Part shown: piece after piece, positions 40,558 to 53,574 of the stretch
Position numbering within the stretch: the stretch's first letter is position 1
Layout of the letters: the number at the start of each line of letters is the position of its first letter
Assembly: GCF_006345805.1 (NCBI RefSeq)
Contig: NC_043012.1
Coordinates: 52,080,001-52,144,000 of the forward strand
Direction: 5' to 3'
Source: Octopus sinensis
Lineage: Eukaryota
Length of the DNA: 64,000 nt
The notes under the pieces: model-generated
Told to the model about the DNA's origin: nothing
The model's input: the letters and a program-made list of their open reading frames with translations, nothing else
The model's database searches: none
Program-made: the position numbers and the translations under genes

Positions 40558-40910
40558 AGCGCAGGAGTGGCTGTGTGGTAAGTAGCTTGCGTGGTATCTT
40601 GGGCAGGTCCTTCTGCTATAGCCCCGGGCCGACCAATGCCTTGTGAGTGATTTGGTAGACGGAAACTGAAAGAAGCCTGTCGTATATATGTATATATTAT
40701 ATATATGTATGTGTGTGTTTGTATGTCTGTGTTGGTCCCCCTAGCATTGCTTGACAACCATGCTGGTGGTTACGTCTCCGTCACCTAGCGGTTCGGCAAA
40801 AGACCGATAGAATAATTACTGGGCTGACAAAGAATAAGTCCCGGGGTTGATTTGCTCGACTAAAGGCGGTGCTCCAGCATGGCCGCAGTCAAATGACTGA
40901 AACAAGTAAG
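40558..40910 (+). mobile_element. SINE family A (short deletion in head)
   Basis: Head joins aagtagcttgc directly to gtggtatcttgggc; the rest is collinear. Confidence 0.9.
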
Positions 40911-40920
40911 GGTAAAAAAG

Positions 40921-40962
<42 letters not shown>

Positions 40963-40986
40963 TATATATATATATTTATATATATA

Positions 40987-41028
<42 letters not shown>

Positions 41029-41819
41029 TATATATAATATATACACCCAGGCACATATATACATGCATAAATTAGAGATACCATGTACGAAAGGGCGTAT
41101 ACCTATATGCGGATTCACATACATCCATATCAGAATCTATAATGCATTTGAGTGTACTTTTCTGCCAGGATGCATATAAACCAATGTGTACGTGTATACC
41201 GATATAGTTACGCGCGCGCATGTGTCTGTGTCTGTGTGTCTGTGTGAGTTTATGTGAGTCAGTGTTTTCCTGTGTGTCTGTATGTAAACGGTTGTTTGTT
41301 TGTGTGTATTCTGAATGGATTGCTAAGTGCTTGCCCCCGACATGATTTTCTCCTTTGGCCCTCTAACCCAACCCCGACCGGTTGAAACCATTAGAGAGCG
41401 ATGACGCAATGCGCAATTGGTCGTTGTCCAGAATATACTCGAATGGGAGAGCAAGAGCTCACGGTATTGATCCAAACCCATGTCTAGCATGTTATTGTAT
41501 CTCGTGGAACTGCTGTGTAGCCTGGTCAGGTTGTACTTCAGTTGAAGACAACGGTCATTCGAGCATGCCTTCCTGTCTAGTACCCAGAACTGCATACGTA
41601 CGCGCACACACAAGGGAAACACGATCAAATATACATTTGAATGAATGTGTGTGCTCGTGCGCGTATGTTTATATGTGTATCTATGCGTATCTGCGTATCT
41701 GCTTATGTGTGTGTGTATTTTTGTCGCCGCACGTATATGTAAATCATCAAATATTTTTCAGTTTAACACTTAATAATGTATTTGCATCTATTCATGAGTT
41801 TTACACACATGCCACATAG

Positions 41820-41874
<55 letters not shown>

Positions 41875-41889
41875 GTATTCTTTTATTCT

Positions 41890-42318
41890 TTCTTTTTTAT
41901 GTGTTTCTGTTACTTGATTGCTGCCATGCTGGGGTACCGCTAGAAGTATTTAGTCGAAGAAATCGAACTTTGGACCTACATATTAAACCTAATCCTTATT
42001 ATATCCGTGACATTTGCCGAACAGCCAATTTACAGTGACGTAAGCACACCAAGACCGGTTCTCAAGAGGTGATGGGGGAACAAACACAGGCACACACACA
42101 CACGCACATGCACACAAGCATATACACAACTACATTAATATATATATATATATATATACGACGGGCTTCTTTCAGTTTCCGTCTACCAAATCCACTCACA
42201 TAGCTTTGGTCTTTCCGAGGTTATGGTAGAAGACACTTGCCCAAGGTAACGTGCAGTGAGACTTTACCAGGAAAACATGTTGTTAGGAAGCAACGTCTTA
42301 CCACGCAGCCACGCCTGC
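41890..42318 (-). mobile_element. SINE family A, older copy
   Basis: Collinear with 23868-24283. Confidence 0.85.
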
Positions 42319-42405
42319 ATATTTATACGTATGTATAATCTATATATATATATATTATATTATTATATATATATATATATATTATATATATATATTAATA
42401 TATAT

Positions 42406-42438
<33 letters not shown>

Positions 42439-42617
42439 GAATATATATATATATATATATACTACATATGTGTGCATACACATACATACATATATACATC
42501 CATTATATATATGCATACATATATACATACACATGTATGAGTCAGAGAATGGTAAATTTAATTGATAATGGCGACGAGCAGCTCTATAGACTCATCACTT
42601 TTCTTTCCAAACATTTA

Positions 42618-43033
42618 GGGCGGCGAGCTGCCAGAAACGTTAGCACGCCGGGCGAAAGGCGTAGCTGTATTTCGTCTGCTGCTCCTTTCTGAGTTCAAAT
42701 TCCGCCGAGGTCGACTTTGCTTTTTATCCTTTCGGGGTCGATTAAATAAGTACCAGTTACGCACTGGGGTCGATATAATCGACTTAAACCGTTTGTCTGT
42801 CCTTGTTTGTCCCCTCTGTGTTTAGCCCCTTGTAGGTAGTAAAGAAATAGGTGTTTCGTCTGCTGCTACGTTCTGAGCTCAAATTCCGCCGAGGTCGACT
42901 ATGCCTTTCATTATTTCGGTGTCAATTAAATGAGTACCAGTTACGTACTGGGGTCGATTTAATAGACTTAATCCCTTTTTCTGTCTTCGTTTTTCTCATT
43001 TATGATTAGCCCCACTGTGGGCAATAAAGAAAT
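42618..43033 (+). mobile_element. SINE family B with duplicated body module
   Basis: Head at 42618; second module starts at ~42850. Confidence 0.9.
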
Positions 43034-44039
43034 AAATATTTCCAAATATTCCATTGGAACTATGCAAGTGCCACGAACTTCCGATATCTCAATCGTATCT
43101 GGTACATATTTTTTCCATCAAAGAAACAAAAGACAAGTTTATACAGGTGTCATGAGATAGCTGAGGACACGTCAGGGTTTGTGCATGTGTGTGTGTGCGT
43201 GCTCGCGCGTGTGTTTGCATGAATGCATGTATGCATCTGGTTATACGTATGTATTTACGTATAATGACGGCACGATTGTCTTCAGTAAAGTTTCCACCAA
43301 CTAGATTTCTCTCAAAATCTTTGTGAACTTGCAGCTAAAAATAATAGTCATATGTTCATAAAATCAGGAAAACCATTCGAACCAAACGTACATGGATGCA
43401 AAGCAAACATGCTAAACATACAGCCATTCCTACTCTTATATATTTTACTCATGCACGATTCAAATCCTGTATATGACAACACAAATGCAGGTAACACAGT
43501 TTTAAATATATAGAAATATGCTAGTAGATGTGGATTGGAACAAACTCTACTTTGTTTAATGCGTTTTACATTACTGATTATGTAATCGCCTTTGGCATTA
43601 TCTATTATACTTATTTCCTATTCATATCTCTCCTCCATGTCCATTAAATACTTACGATGTCCGAACATAAGTATTTTAAAATAATAAGTTAAAGTAGCCA
43701 CTGTACCAGATGTTTTCACCGTTTCTTCGGAACCAGTAGATGAGATATATTTCTACCTCTGTGATGTTGAAAGCGGCGAGTTGATGGTCTCCATAACGTT
43801 GAGAAGTATGTCATGCAGTAATTCTTTTGTCTCTCGTGCGCACTGAATTATAAAGCCATCGAGATAACCTATGATTCCAACCATTCGATGTCCCACTCAA
43901 TCGGTTAACCACCTACGCATGTGCAGAGGAAAATTTCCATGATAAGTATATAGTAGTTTTCAAATCAGAAAACCAAATCACCAGTTGTCGTTTGAGAACT
44001 AATAGAATTATGTTATAGATGAAAAGGTAGACAAAATAG

Positions 44040-44073
44040 ACAGATAGATAAATAAATAGACAGACAGACATAC

Positions 44074-44160
<87 letters not shown>
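44040..44160. repeat. (GATA)n microsatellite
   Basis: Direct tetranucleotide repeat. Confidence 0.95.
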
Positions 44161-44163
<3 letters not shown>

Positions 44164-44779
44164 CTTGGTAATGTTTCTATAAACGAATAACAAATAATCA
44201 TTAAAAAAGAAAATTATATAACAAAACAAGAAGAGTACCGGATAACTTGTAGGATGAGTTATTACATTATATAATTTCGCCTCCTTGAATTCTGATTTCG
44301 GTTACCGTTCGGAGGGCTTTGTCTTCCGTCAATCCGGGTTCGATAAAGTGTACCGTTATTTAGTCCATTATAATGCGTACTATCGTCCATGAACTGGTAT
44401 ATTATTTGTATCACTCTCCTGTTTTTGTTACCAATTTGACCCTCCGCAAAATCCCAAATTTTATTTTGGTTTGCGGAAGCAACTGTTTTCTCATAGGCAC
44501 ATATTGTTGTGAATTGCTCGAAATATGGAGTAGATAAACAACCGACAACTGATGAAGGGTCTTTCTTTATGTTACTTATCTTGCTTTCCATTCGTTTCTC
44601 TCGGTGTTCGCAAAAAAGTTTGTCTTCGCATTACACATTGTTTACGTTCTCTGACGTCCTGTACCCATGTATGCATATGTATACATATGTATGTCAGTAG
44701 GCACACACACACACACACATATATATATTATATGATTGAAGCCCACGTATCCATTCCCATATATATATGTATTTATATA

Positions 44780-44816
<37 letters not shown>

Positions 44817-44881
44817 TGGTAAAAACAGTAAGATAACAAAAGAAAGAGGCCTCAATATTATGTAAATAGAGGAACTTTATA

Positions 44882-45046
44882 TGTAAAATAATATGTGACA
44901 ATTATTTGGTAGCCAAGATAAAACTCTTAGTTTCGGATGCCGAGGTGGAAATCCACAACACCATCTCTTCGGTGTTGTGGATTTTCACCTCGGCATCCGA
45001 AACTTGTTTATCTGGCTACCGAATAATTGTCACATATCATTTTACA
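44882..45046. repeat. Inverted repeat (~80-bp arms, 8-nt spacer) containing a truncated hammerhead-like motif
   Basis: 44882-44962 vs 44971-45046; left arm on the minus strand reads GAAGA-GATGGTG..CGGCATCC-GAA-ACT(aag)AGT-T. Confidence 0.85.
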
Positions 45047-46284
45047 GATATCTATCTATATATATATATATCCATTTTACGTTTAAATAGAGCCGAGGTC
45101 AACTTTGCATTTTGTCGTTTTTAGGACAATAATTAAAACACCATTTTTGTAATGGAGTTTGTTAATCTCTCCCTTTCATACATTCATTCTCTCACTGTGT
45201 TTTCTCTCCCTCCCTCTATCTATCTATCTGTCTCCATCACTTTCTGTCTGTTACTCTCTTCCTCTTCCTCTGTCTTCTTGTGACCTTTACTCTCTCTCTT
45301 GAGAAAACCAACTATACCCATCCTTGCCTGCTAAGAAAATTAGACGAAAGCACTGTGCCCTTATGATTTCTTCAATTGTTGATTGTCTAACGCAAGGAAA
45401 TATATATACACAATTAAATATATACCTTTTAATTTATGTGCTTCATAGCGAACATAACGTTTCGAAAACAGCTTTAATATTTAATCTCTTTTGTAAATGT
45501 TACATGATAAGCGACAACGTGTCTCTGATGAAGAAGATATCTTTACTATAAAACACTACCTGATATACGTTGCTGCTAAATAACCGAATAGATCTACCCC
45601 TGATATGAAAACCGGAATTCTATTGAGTAGTTTTATTAGGCTCGCCACATCCACTTCGAGCTAGAAGTTGTTAATACAGTTTTTATTTGTGCGCCGAATG
45701 TAGAGCACAAAACATTACCATGAACATTAGAGGTTTGCGACACAGTAATGTCTCTTTCGCTGAATAGATGGCATAGGATTCCTTCACAATTCAGCCAACT
45801 GTTTCGTCTGGCTTCCGTTACGCACAATTCTCTGTTCGAACAAACATTTAGCCGTCTTAAAGGTACAATTGTATTTTAGACGAACATTTCACACATGAAA
45901 GCATGCTAATGTCTTAACAAGCCATTCCATACAGACTACATTTGTTCCGTGAGTTTGGAACGTCAGCTATAATAATCAATTATTGTTTATCTTTCTCCGA
46001 GTATAATTGGTTCATAACGGATATTTATATGTTTGTTGGCCTTGTTGTTTGTGTTTTTATTGTCGGTGTTGTTGTAGTTGTTGTTGTCGTTAGTCGTTGT
46101 GGTTGTTAGATATCTATTGCTCCAGTTCTTAATTCCTTTATTTCACATTTTTATCTCTTCTGTCATTCTAAGTCACCAACTATTTCTGTAGTGCCGTCTC
46201 TCTCTCCCAGTGCTCCTCTCTTTCTCTCATTATATATGTATTTACGAATGTATATATACATATATGTGTGTGTGTGTGTGAACA

Positions 46285-46373
46285 CATATGTATATAGGTA
46301 CGTATGTATATATGTACATCCATCATGCACATGTATGTAGGTATATGTATGTATATTGATGTAAATATATTCA

Positions 46374-46407
<34 letters not shown>

Positions 46408-46800
46408 TGTATGTATGTATGTGTAGGCGCATTATACACGCGTGTATATGTGTAATATGTATATAGGTACGTATGTATATATGTACATACATCATGCATA
46501 TGTATGTAGGTGTATGTGTGCGCGCATTATACACGCGTATGCATATGTAATATGTATATAGGTACCTATGTATATATGGACATACATCATGCACATGAAT
46601 GTAGGTGTGTGTATGTATATTGATGTATATATATACATGCATGTATGTATATATAGATATATATATATATATATGCGCATTATACACGCGTATGCATGTG
46701 TATGTGTATGTGGGTGTCTGTATGTAAATATATACATGCATGTATATATATATATATATATATATGCATGTATGTGTATGTGTGCGTTATACACGCGTAT
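46285..46800. repeat. Higher-order microsatellite-derived repeat
   Basis: Blocks such as gcattatacacgcgt and ataggtacgtatgtatatatgtacat recur 3-4 times. Confidence 0.7.
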
Positions 46801-48371
46801 GTATGTGTATGTCTGTGTGTGACGCGCTCATATTTTTGCTCTTACTATATCATTATCTTTCGTTTCATATTTTTTTTATTGCGGTTTTGTCGTTTCTTTT
46901 CATCCAATTTCAAATTGTTCATATGCGACAGAATGAACCCTGTATCAAGCAGAGTGTCCTCTTAAAGTATGTCAACTTTCCAATTGTGAGCTGTTAGTCC
47001 GAAGTATATGATGTACTTCAGAACTAATACGTTGGACTAGATTTACTGCATACAGATACATCATACATACACGAAGGTTGCTTTTTTAAATTACTAAATA
47101 GAATCTACTACTACTTGTAGTCAATAACAAGACAATCTGAGACCGTGCTGATATTCTTGGCTCATTTTCAAGTGCACTTTACCTAATCTATCTTATATTT
47201 ATAGGATTAACTTAATTTGTACTTCTTTGCATTTATTTTTTATTAAAATAGAAACGTTAATAAGATTCTTGCGTTCAAACCCATACATATATATATATAC
47301 ATACACACACATATATGCATATACATATGTATATACATATATATATACATACATATATATACACATATATATATATGTATATATAATATATAATATATAT
47401 ATATATATATATATAATATATATATATGCACACACATATACGAATGTCTATATATTTGTGTCTTCTTTCCTATGCTACACTGGTATGCAGACCTGTCTAC
47501 ATAGATGGACCTGCATATATACATGCACACATATACCCACACGAACCCACACACACAAACACACTCACATACACATATTCTGTATACATATATCTATACA
47601 CATATACATAAACAGTCAGGCAAACACACACACGAACATACACACATATATGTTAGTATGTTAGAGTATGTGTTATATGTTTTGTGTCTGTGTAATCACA
47701 GGTGCGTTTTACGTTCGTCTCACTGCGTACCATACTCTATAGCATATGAGAATACATATATATATACATATAGGCAATCAGATATGCACACTTTCATGCA
47801 TATGTACGTGCATACATACAAATATTCATTCATTTGCTTTTTTGAGAGTGGATGTTATTAAAATAGATCTATGTAAAGGCACAACAGGATATTTTTAATT
47901 AATATCCCGTTTCGACGGATGTAGCCATCAACATTTCAAAACACAGCCTCTATAACAAATAAATACCTAAATTATCTACTTTTTCACATTTCTTTTTCTT
48001 TTTTTTATTTTAATTTTGTGTGGTATGTGAAATTATTTCTTTTGTTTAGGTTTAATAATTTGACAAGTTATAAATGCCATTTGACGAGTCATGTATACCA
48101 TTTTGTCTCCATGTGTATGTATGTGTGTTTGTTATGCTAGAGAGAGAGGAAGAAAAGAAGAAAATAGACAGAAAATGCGAGAGGGAAAGGGATAGGGATG
48201 GGGTAACTTTCGAGTAACAATACATTTTTGGGCACTAATTTTTATCATATGTAATCTTATGTAATTTTTATTTCGTGTATGAAATAATTAGAGGTTTGCG
48301 ACACAATCCTCGACCAATCGCAGCCCACTTTCCGGTTATAACAACCAACTTCTCTCATTCAAATTGAAAAT

Positions 48372-48485
48372 TATTTTATTCTTTTACTTGTTTCAGTGAT
48401 TTGACTGCCGCCATACTGGAGCATCGCCTTTATTCTTTGTAAGCCTAGTACTTATTCTTTCGGTCTCTTTTGTCGAACCGCTAAG
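48372..48485 (-). mobile_element. SINE family A tail fragment
   Basis: ttcttttacttgtttcagtgatttgactgccgccatactggagc. Confidence 0.75.
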
Positions 48486-48554
48486 ATATTTATATATATA
48501 TACCATTAAATCCCAGATTATTGTCGATCATCGTTATAAAACCTATTTCTTTAC

Positions 48555-48738
48555 TACCCATAAGGGGCTAATCACAGAGGGGACAAACAAAGACAGACAA
48601 ACGGATTAAGTCGATTACATCGACCCCAGTGCGTAAGGATGAAAGGCAAAGTCGACCTCGGTGGAATTTGAACTCAGAACGTAGTGGCAGACGAAATACT
48701 GCTAAGCATTTCGCCCGGCGTGCTAAAGTTTCTGCTAG
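48555..48738 (-). mobile_element. SINE family B (internal deletion)
   Basis: Reverse complement of 19481-type sequence. Confidence 0.85.
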
Positions 48739-49188
48739 CATAAAACCAAGTTGGCGTTCTCGTACTTTTTGAGTTGCAGTGCTCTCTCTATAGTATGCTA
48801 TGGAGGGTAATGTGGTTGCCCATGCAACTTGTCCAACACCCAACGTGACTGAAAGATAAAAAGGAACAGCGCATGAACGTTATATTTCGGCGTGGTGGTC
48901 GTGGTAGGATTTGCAAGAACGAGGTTTTAGAAATGCTTCTGATTCCCGATTTTCCCCCAAGGTATTCTACCGAAGCCCATGCAATAGATGGGTATGGCCT
49001 CAATGCAGAGGACTTCCGGAATCAGTATTTTCTTTCTTCTAGAAAGGTTACCCAAACGCAGGCTAATGAATATTGGCTAAGATGCGTTTTAGTACTGCTC
49101 AAAATTCTGGAAATCCTGAAGCCATATGAGACTGGATGCATTATAGTCATAACCATGACTAAGGTACATGTGCATATGTGTGTGTGCC

Positions 49189-49229
<41 letters not shown>

Positions 49230-51416
49230 ATGTGTCCGTGTGTGTGTATGTATATATATATACATACATATATATATATATTTATATATATATTTATGTA
49301 TGTATATGTTATATATATATATAAATATATATATATGTATGTATGTATATGTATATATATATATATACACATATATGTATGAACTTATGTAATTGTGTGT
49401 GTATATATGTATGAATGTATCTATAGATAGATAGACAAATAGACAGACAGACAGACAAAAACACACATAGACACACGTATGTGTGTATGTGTGAGTGTGT
49501 GTTTATTTATTCATTCATGCAACTCTGGTTATTGTGTTTGTGAGAATTAAGTGGCGTTTAACTGTGCTCTGAATTTAAATATTCTTCCGTAAATTTCATT
49601 TCTCTACTGTTCAATAATTTATCAAATATTTATTTATCAGTTTTAATTCTTTTTTTTTTACAAAATTTGTCCAAGCAGAAAGAGACGTTATTCTATCAGA
49701 TTGTGTGTATATCTCTAAGATATAATGTTGATTACCATACACAGTTCGCTTGTTAGTAGCAAACTAAATTACCAAACTTTATTCCTCTTTATGCGTAGTA
49801 GTACAGTCGTTATAGTTTACTCAGCGTTGGCTTGAATATGAATCAGTAAATACGTGCTTAATTATCTGTCTACATTAGCGCTCGACAACCTCCAATCCCT
49901 GCCTCTAGTTTCCCTTGAAAATATTTCTTACTGTTCAACCTATTTATTTTGCAAGACGAACAAAATCCCAACTAGTTAACAGCGTGACATCTGTAGATGG
50001 AGTTTAAATGTGCTGTTTAGATTCGATCACTTATCAGTATATAAGTGTTCAATTAACTGCCCACTTCAGTACAATACAACCAACCAATCCATGTTTCTGC
50101 TTTTCTTAGAATGTCTCTGATTGTTCAAAATGTACTATTCACGATGGCAGTGATAGTTGTATAGAAAAGAAATGATGTTTATTATCAGTGTTACCAAAGA
50201 TTATGCACATTATCTATAAATTGCATATCTTCATTGATTCTATAGTGATAAAGACAGTCTGTACGCCATTCACCGAAAATTGAAATTGTTGTGCAGAGAA
50301 AGAGAAGAAAACAACGAAATATATGTAAAAGAAGAAGAAAATAATAGTGACATACTATTCTCCTTTTGAATAGTTTCGTTTAAAGATATTTAATATTTGG
50401 CACATGCTCCTAATTTTTCTGACTAAAAGCCAGGCGTTATGGATAACTGAATAAATTTTTTAGCTTAAGGATTGAAAATAGAAGAGTATTCTTGAGAAAA
50501 TAACCAAATCTATCATAAAGTTGGCTGGGAGTCCATTGGCGAAGAAACCAGTTCAATAAAGACGCTGACGGGGTGATCAAGGTTTGAAAGAGGTGGGAAG
50601 GAGGTAAAGAATTAAATATAAAACAAAACATGATGAAATGATAGATACATTGGCTACAATAATTATTGAACAAAACTTTCCTACCAATGAATGCCATAGC
50701 AGCGATCAAAATAACAAAAAAGATATATAGAAAGAAAAACAATTAAAAGCCCCCCAAAATATATATGTCTCCCTCAAGGAAGTAAAAGTAAAGAAAATAC
50801 ATGTAAAGCAACGCAGTGTCTTTAAATAAATAAGCATAGCTCGCTGACGAGAAAAGGAACTCCCCAAGCAAGGTTATACATTGGTTTAATCTAGTATTCT
50901 TATTCGAAAAGCATTGCGGGAAATTGTCAGCTGACCTTCCTGACTTCCAAGTCTCTAACACTTGCGGCTGTGAGCGTATGCAAAACAAAAGAGGAAAGCA
51001 TTTTCCAAAAAAATGACGCAAGTACATATATATATATAATATACATAGGTACATAAATATATTGATAGACTGATAAATACATGACAGATAGACAAATAGT
51101 TCTAGACATACACGTGTGTGTGTATGCGAGTTTATTCTTATATATATATATATATTATAATTAATCAATATAGGGTGGCAAAAAAAATTTTGTAGAATTC
51201 CTTTTGCCACCAGCGGCCTAGTGGAAAAAATTAAATAGTCATAGACCATTTTTAAGTTCAACATCAACAATCAAGAACGGCCATAATAGGCCATTCACCC
51301 ACTAGAAATAACAGCCAAAGCTTCAACCGCAAAAAAGATTAATTCCGTAAACAGGAGAAAATTTAAAATTTATATAAATGTTTTTTAGCAGGGTTGAATG
51401 GATTGTTGAATATAGT

Positions 51417-51446
<30 letters not shown>

Positions 51447-51449
<3 letters not shown>

Positions 51450-51715
51450 CGTGGCTTAGTCACGATCGTAAGGTCGTGAGTTCAATACCCGACGACTTCT
51501 TGTGTCCTTGAGCAAGGCACCTTTTTTCATGTTGCTACAGTCCACTCAGCAAGCAAAAATTAGTTTTACACTGTGTCACTCTTAATCTCCCTGAGAACCA
51601 CGTTAGGAGAACATATGTCTGTGAAATGCTCAGCCACTTGCACGTTAATTTCACGAGCAAGCTCTTCCGTGGATCGTATCAGCTGGGACCTTCGTCATCG
51701 TAACTGACGGAGTGC
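51447..51715 (+). mobile_element. tRNA-derived SINE, family D
   Basis: gcgtggcttag...gagttcaatacc B-box-like, ttgtgtccttgagcaaggcac block. Confidence 0.75.
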
Positions 51716-51744
51716 TCCTATATATATATATATATATTATATAT

Positions 51745-52002
51745 TTGACTTGTTTCAGTTATTTGACTGCGGCCATACTGGAACACCACCTTTAGTCGAG
51801 CAATTGGACCACAGGACTTATTCTTTGTAAGCCTAGTACTTACTCTATCAGCTACCTTTGCAGAACCGCTAAGTTACGGGGAGGTAAACACACCAGCATC
51901 AATTATCAAGCGATGTTGGAGGGACAAACAGAGACACACAATCATAAATACACTCATATATATATACATACATAACACACACACACATACACACACACAC
52001 AC

Positions 52003-52033
<31 letters not shown>

Positions 52034-52870
52034 CGACGGGCGTCTTTCAGCTTCCGTCTACCAAATCCACTCACAAGGCTTTGGTCGGCCCTAGGCTATA
52101 GTAGAGGACTCCTGCTTAATGTGCCAGACCGTGGAACTGAGCCCAGGACCTTATGGCTGGTAAGGAAGCTACTTTATTTCAAAAAATTTGCCATAAAGGC
52201 ACGATCCAGAGTAGCTTGCGGGCTGGACAAAGACATTGACGAGGTGAATGATGATATTAATGGGAAAAGACAAAAAACGCCCGCCGATTTTTTCACAGAA
52301 AAAGACAAAACGAGATAATGAACCTCTTACTCCAGTTTTACAATTTTTGGACAAATAGTCCATTTAAGAATTGCGGCGTTAAGCCTCTTAAACACAATAA
52401 CATGCAATAAACATTAAACATTATACAAACAACATAATAACACTGAGGCTTTTCAACTTCTTGTCACTATTCCTCCCCAACATCGTTTGTGCCCGTGAAC
52501 CCCCCCCCCGCCTCATTCAAGACTAAGGCGGGATCCCAGCCGGCGTCGCCCGGCCACAAGCGATATTCCTCAATGAGTCCCTGCAGCCTTTACCTCAGAG
52601 ACAACGTTATAACCTCCACAGCTCTCTGCGGGCCCATTCGGGATCCTGTGTGAAGGCTAATGGTACTCCCTTATGGTGCTTTTCCACTACCTCTTCTATC
52701 TCTTCGCCTCTGTAGAAGAAGACCAATAGTTCCTCTTCCTCTGGGTTCGAAGTATTCAATTCTACCGTTGGCAGCACAATTCCCCCAACGGTGTCTCTTC
52801 TCCTGCCGGCGGCACAGCCCCTACTGGCAAGGGCAAGCAAGCTACTTACCACACACCCACTCCTGCGCCT
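51745..52870 (-). mobile_element. SINE family A split in its tRNA-like head by a 660-bp insertion
   Basis: Body and tail at 51745-52174; remaining head (accacacacccactcctgcgcc) at 52835-52870. Confidence 0.85.
52175..52834 (-). mobile_element. 5'-truncated ORF1-fragment + 3' UTR retroelement (Tx1/L1-like, inferred) with 13-bp TSD
   Basis: Flanked by AAGGAAGCTACTT (52162-52174) and AAGCAAGCTACTT (52835-52847); encodes ...EEVVEKHHKGVPLAFTQDPEW; homologous to 59670-60429. Confidence 0.75.
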
Positions 52871-53299
52871 ATAATACAAATATTGTTATGAAAGTTTCTT
52901 TGCAAGTATATATGTATGTGACGTGAGCGTGAAGCAGTGTGAGTGTAATGTATGTATAACTGTATTTACCTGACATCTTCTGTCAGCCTATGTATATCAA
53001 ACATCGCATTATCTGTATGCTACCTTATGACCGTATGTTGTGATTCGATGTTGTCTTCACTTCTCTCTAGCGAGTCAATGTCCTCCGTATAAATCTCTTA
53101 CAGGCTTCTGCTAGGTAAGTTTGATGACATCGCTGTACTAGAGACACTGTCTGTCCCCTAACAGCGATGTCATGTGGGGGTGACCACCCAACTGTTGATT
53201 TCAATTATTTTTGCCAGGTAACAAAGAATAATTAATGTTTGTTCCTAAGGTGTCTTACACGTGATCTTATTTTGATGTATGTAAAGCTATTAATATTTA

Positions 53300-53460
53300 G
53301 CTGCCCCCCGTCTGCACGTTCTAAGTTCAAATTCCGCCGAGGTCAGCTTTATCTTTCATCTTTTGTGGTCAATAAATCAAGTACCGGATGAGCACTGGGA
53401 TCGATATAATCGACTTAGACTCTCCCCTGAAATGGCTGGCCTTGTGCCGAGATCTGAAAC
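53300..53460 (+). mobile_element. SINE family B, decayed
   Basis: acgttctaagttcaaattccgccgaggtcagc...ttgtgccgagatctgaaac tail. Confidence 0.75.
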
Positions 53461-53574
53461 GAATATTTAACTGTTTTGATTAAAAACCTCATTTCAAAAG
53501 AATTTTACAAGGTATAGAGTTTGGGATCATCTAATAATTTCATAATTCTAGCACCACTGTTGTATCATATATAT

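Noticed and set aside
41323-41628. 101-aa minus-strand ORF / overlapping plus-strand ORF in unique sequence
   Set aside because: No recognisable motif, and starts or ends lie in microsatellite; cannot be called.
48873-49165. Plus-strand ORF with faint C-type-lectin-like spacing (YFLSS..T..QA.EY)
   Set aside because: Key cysteines and the WIGL motif are absent, and it needs frameshifts; unsupported.
50430-51050. Purine-rich stretch with protein-like fragments
   Set aside because: Stops in all plus frames and no transposase or RT motif recognised; left uncalled.
52607-52879. 90-aa ORF starting [15 protein letters not shown]
   Set aside because: Chimeric read-through from the SINE head into the inserted element; not a gene start.
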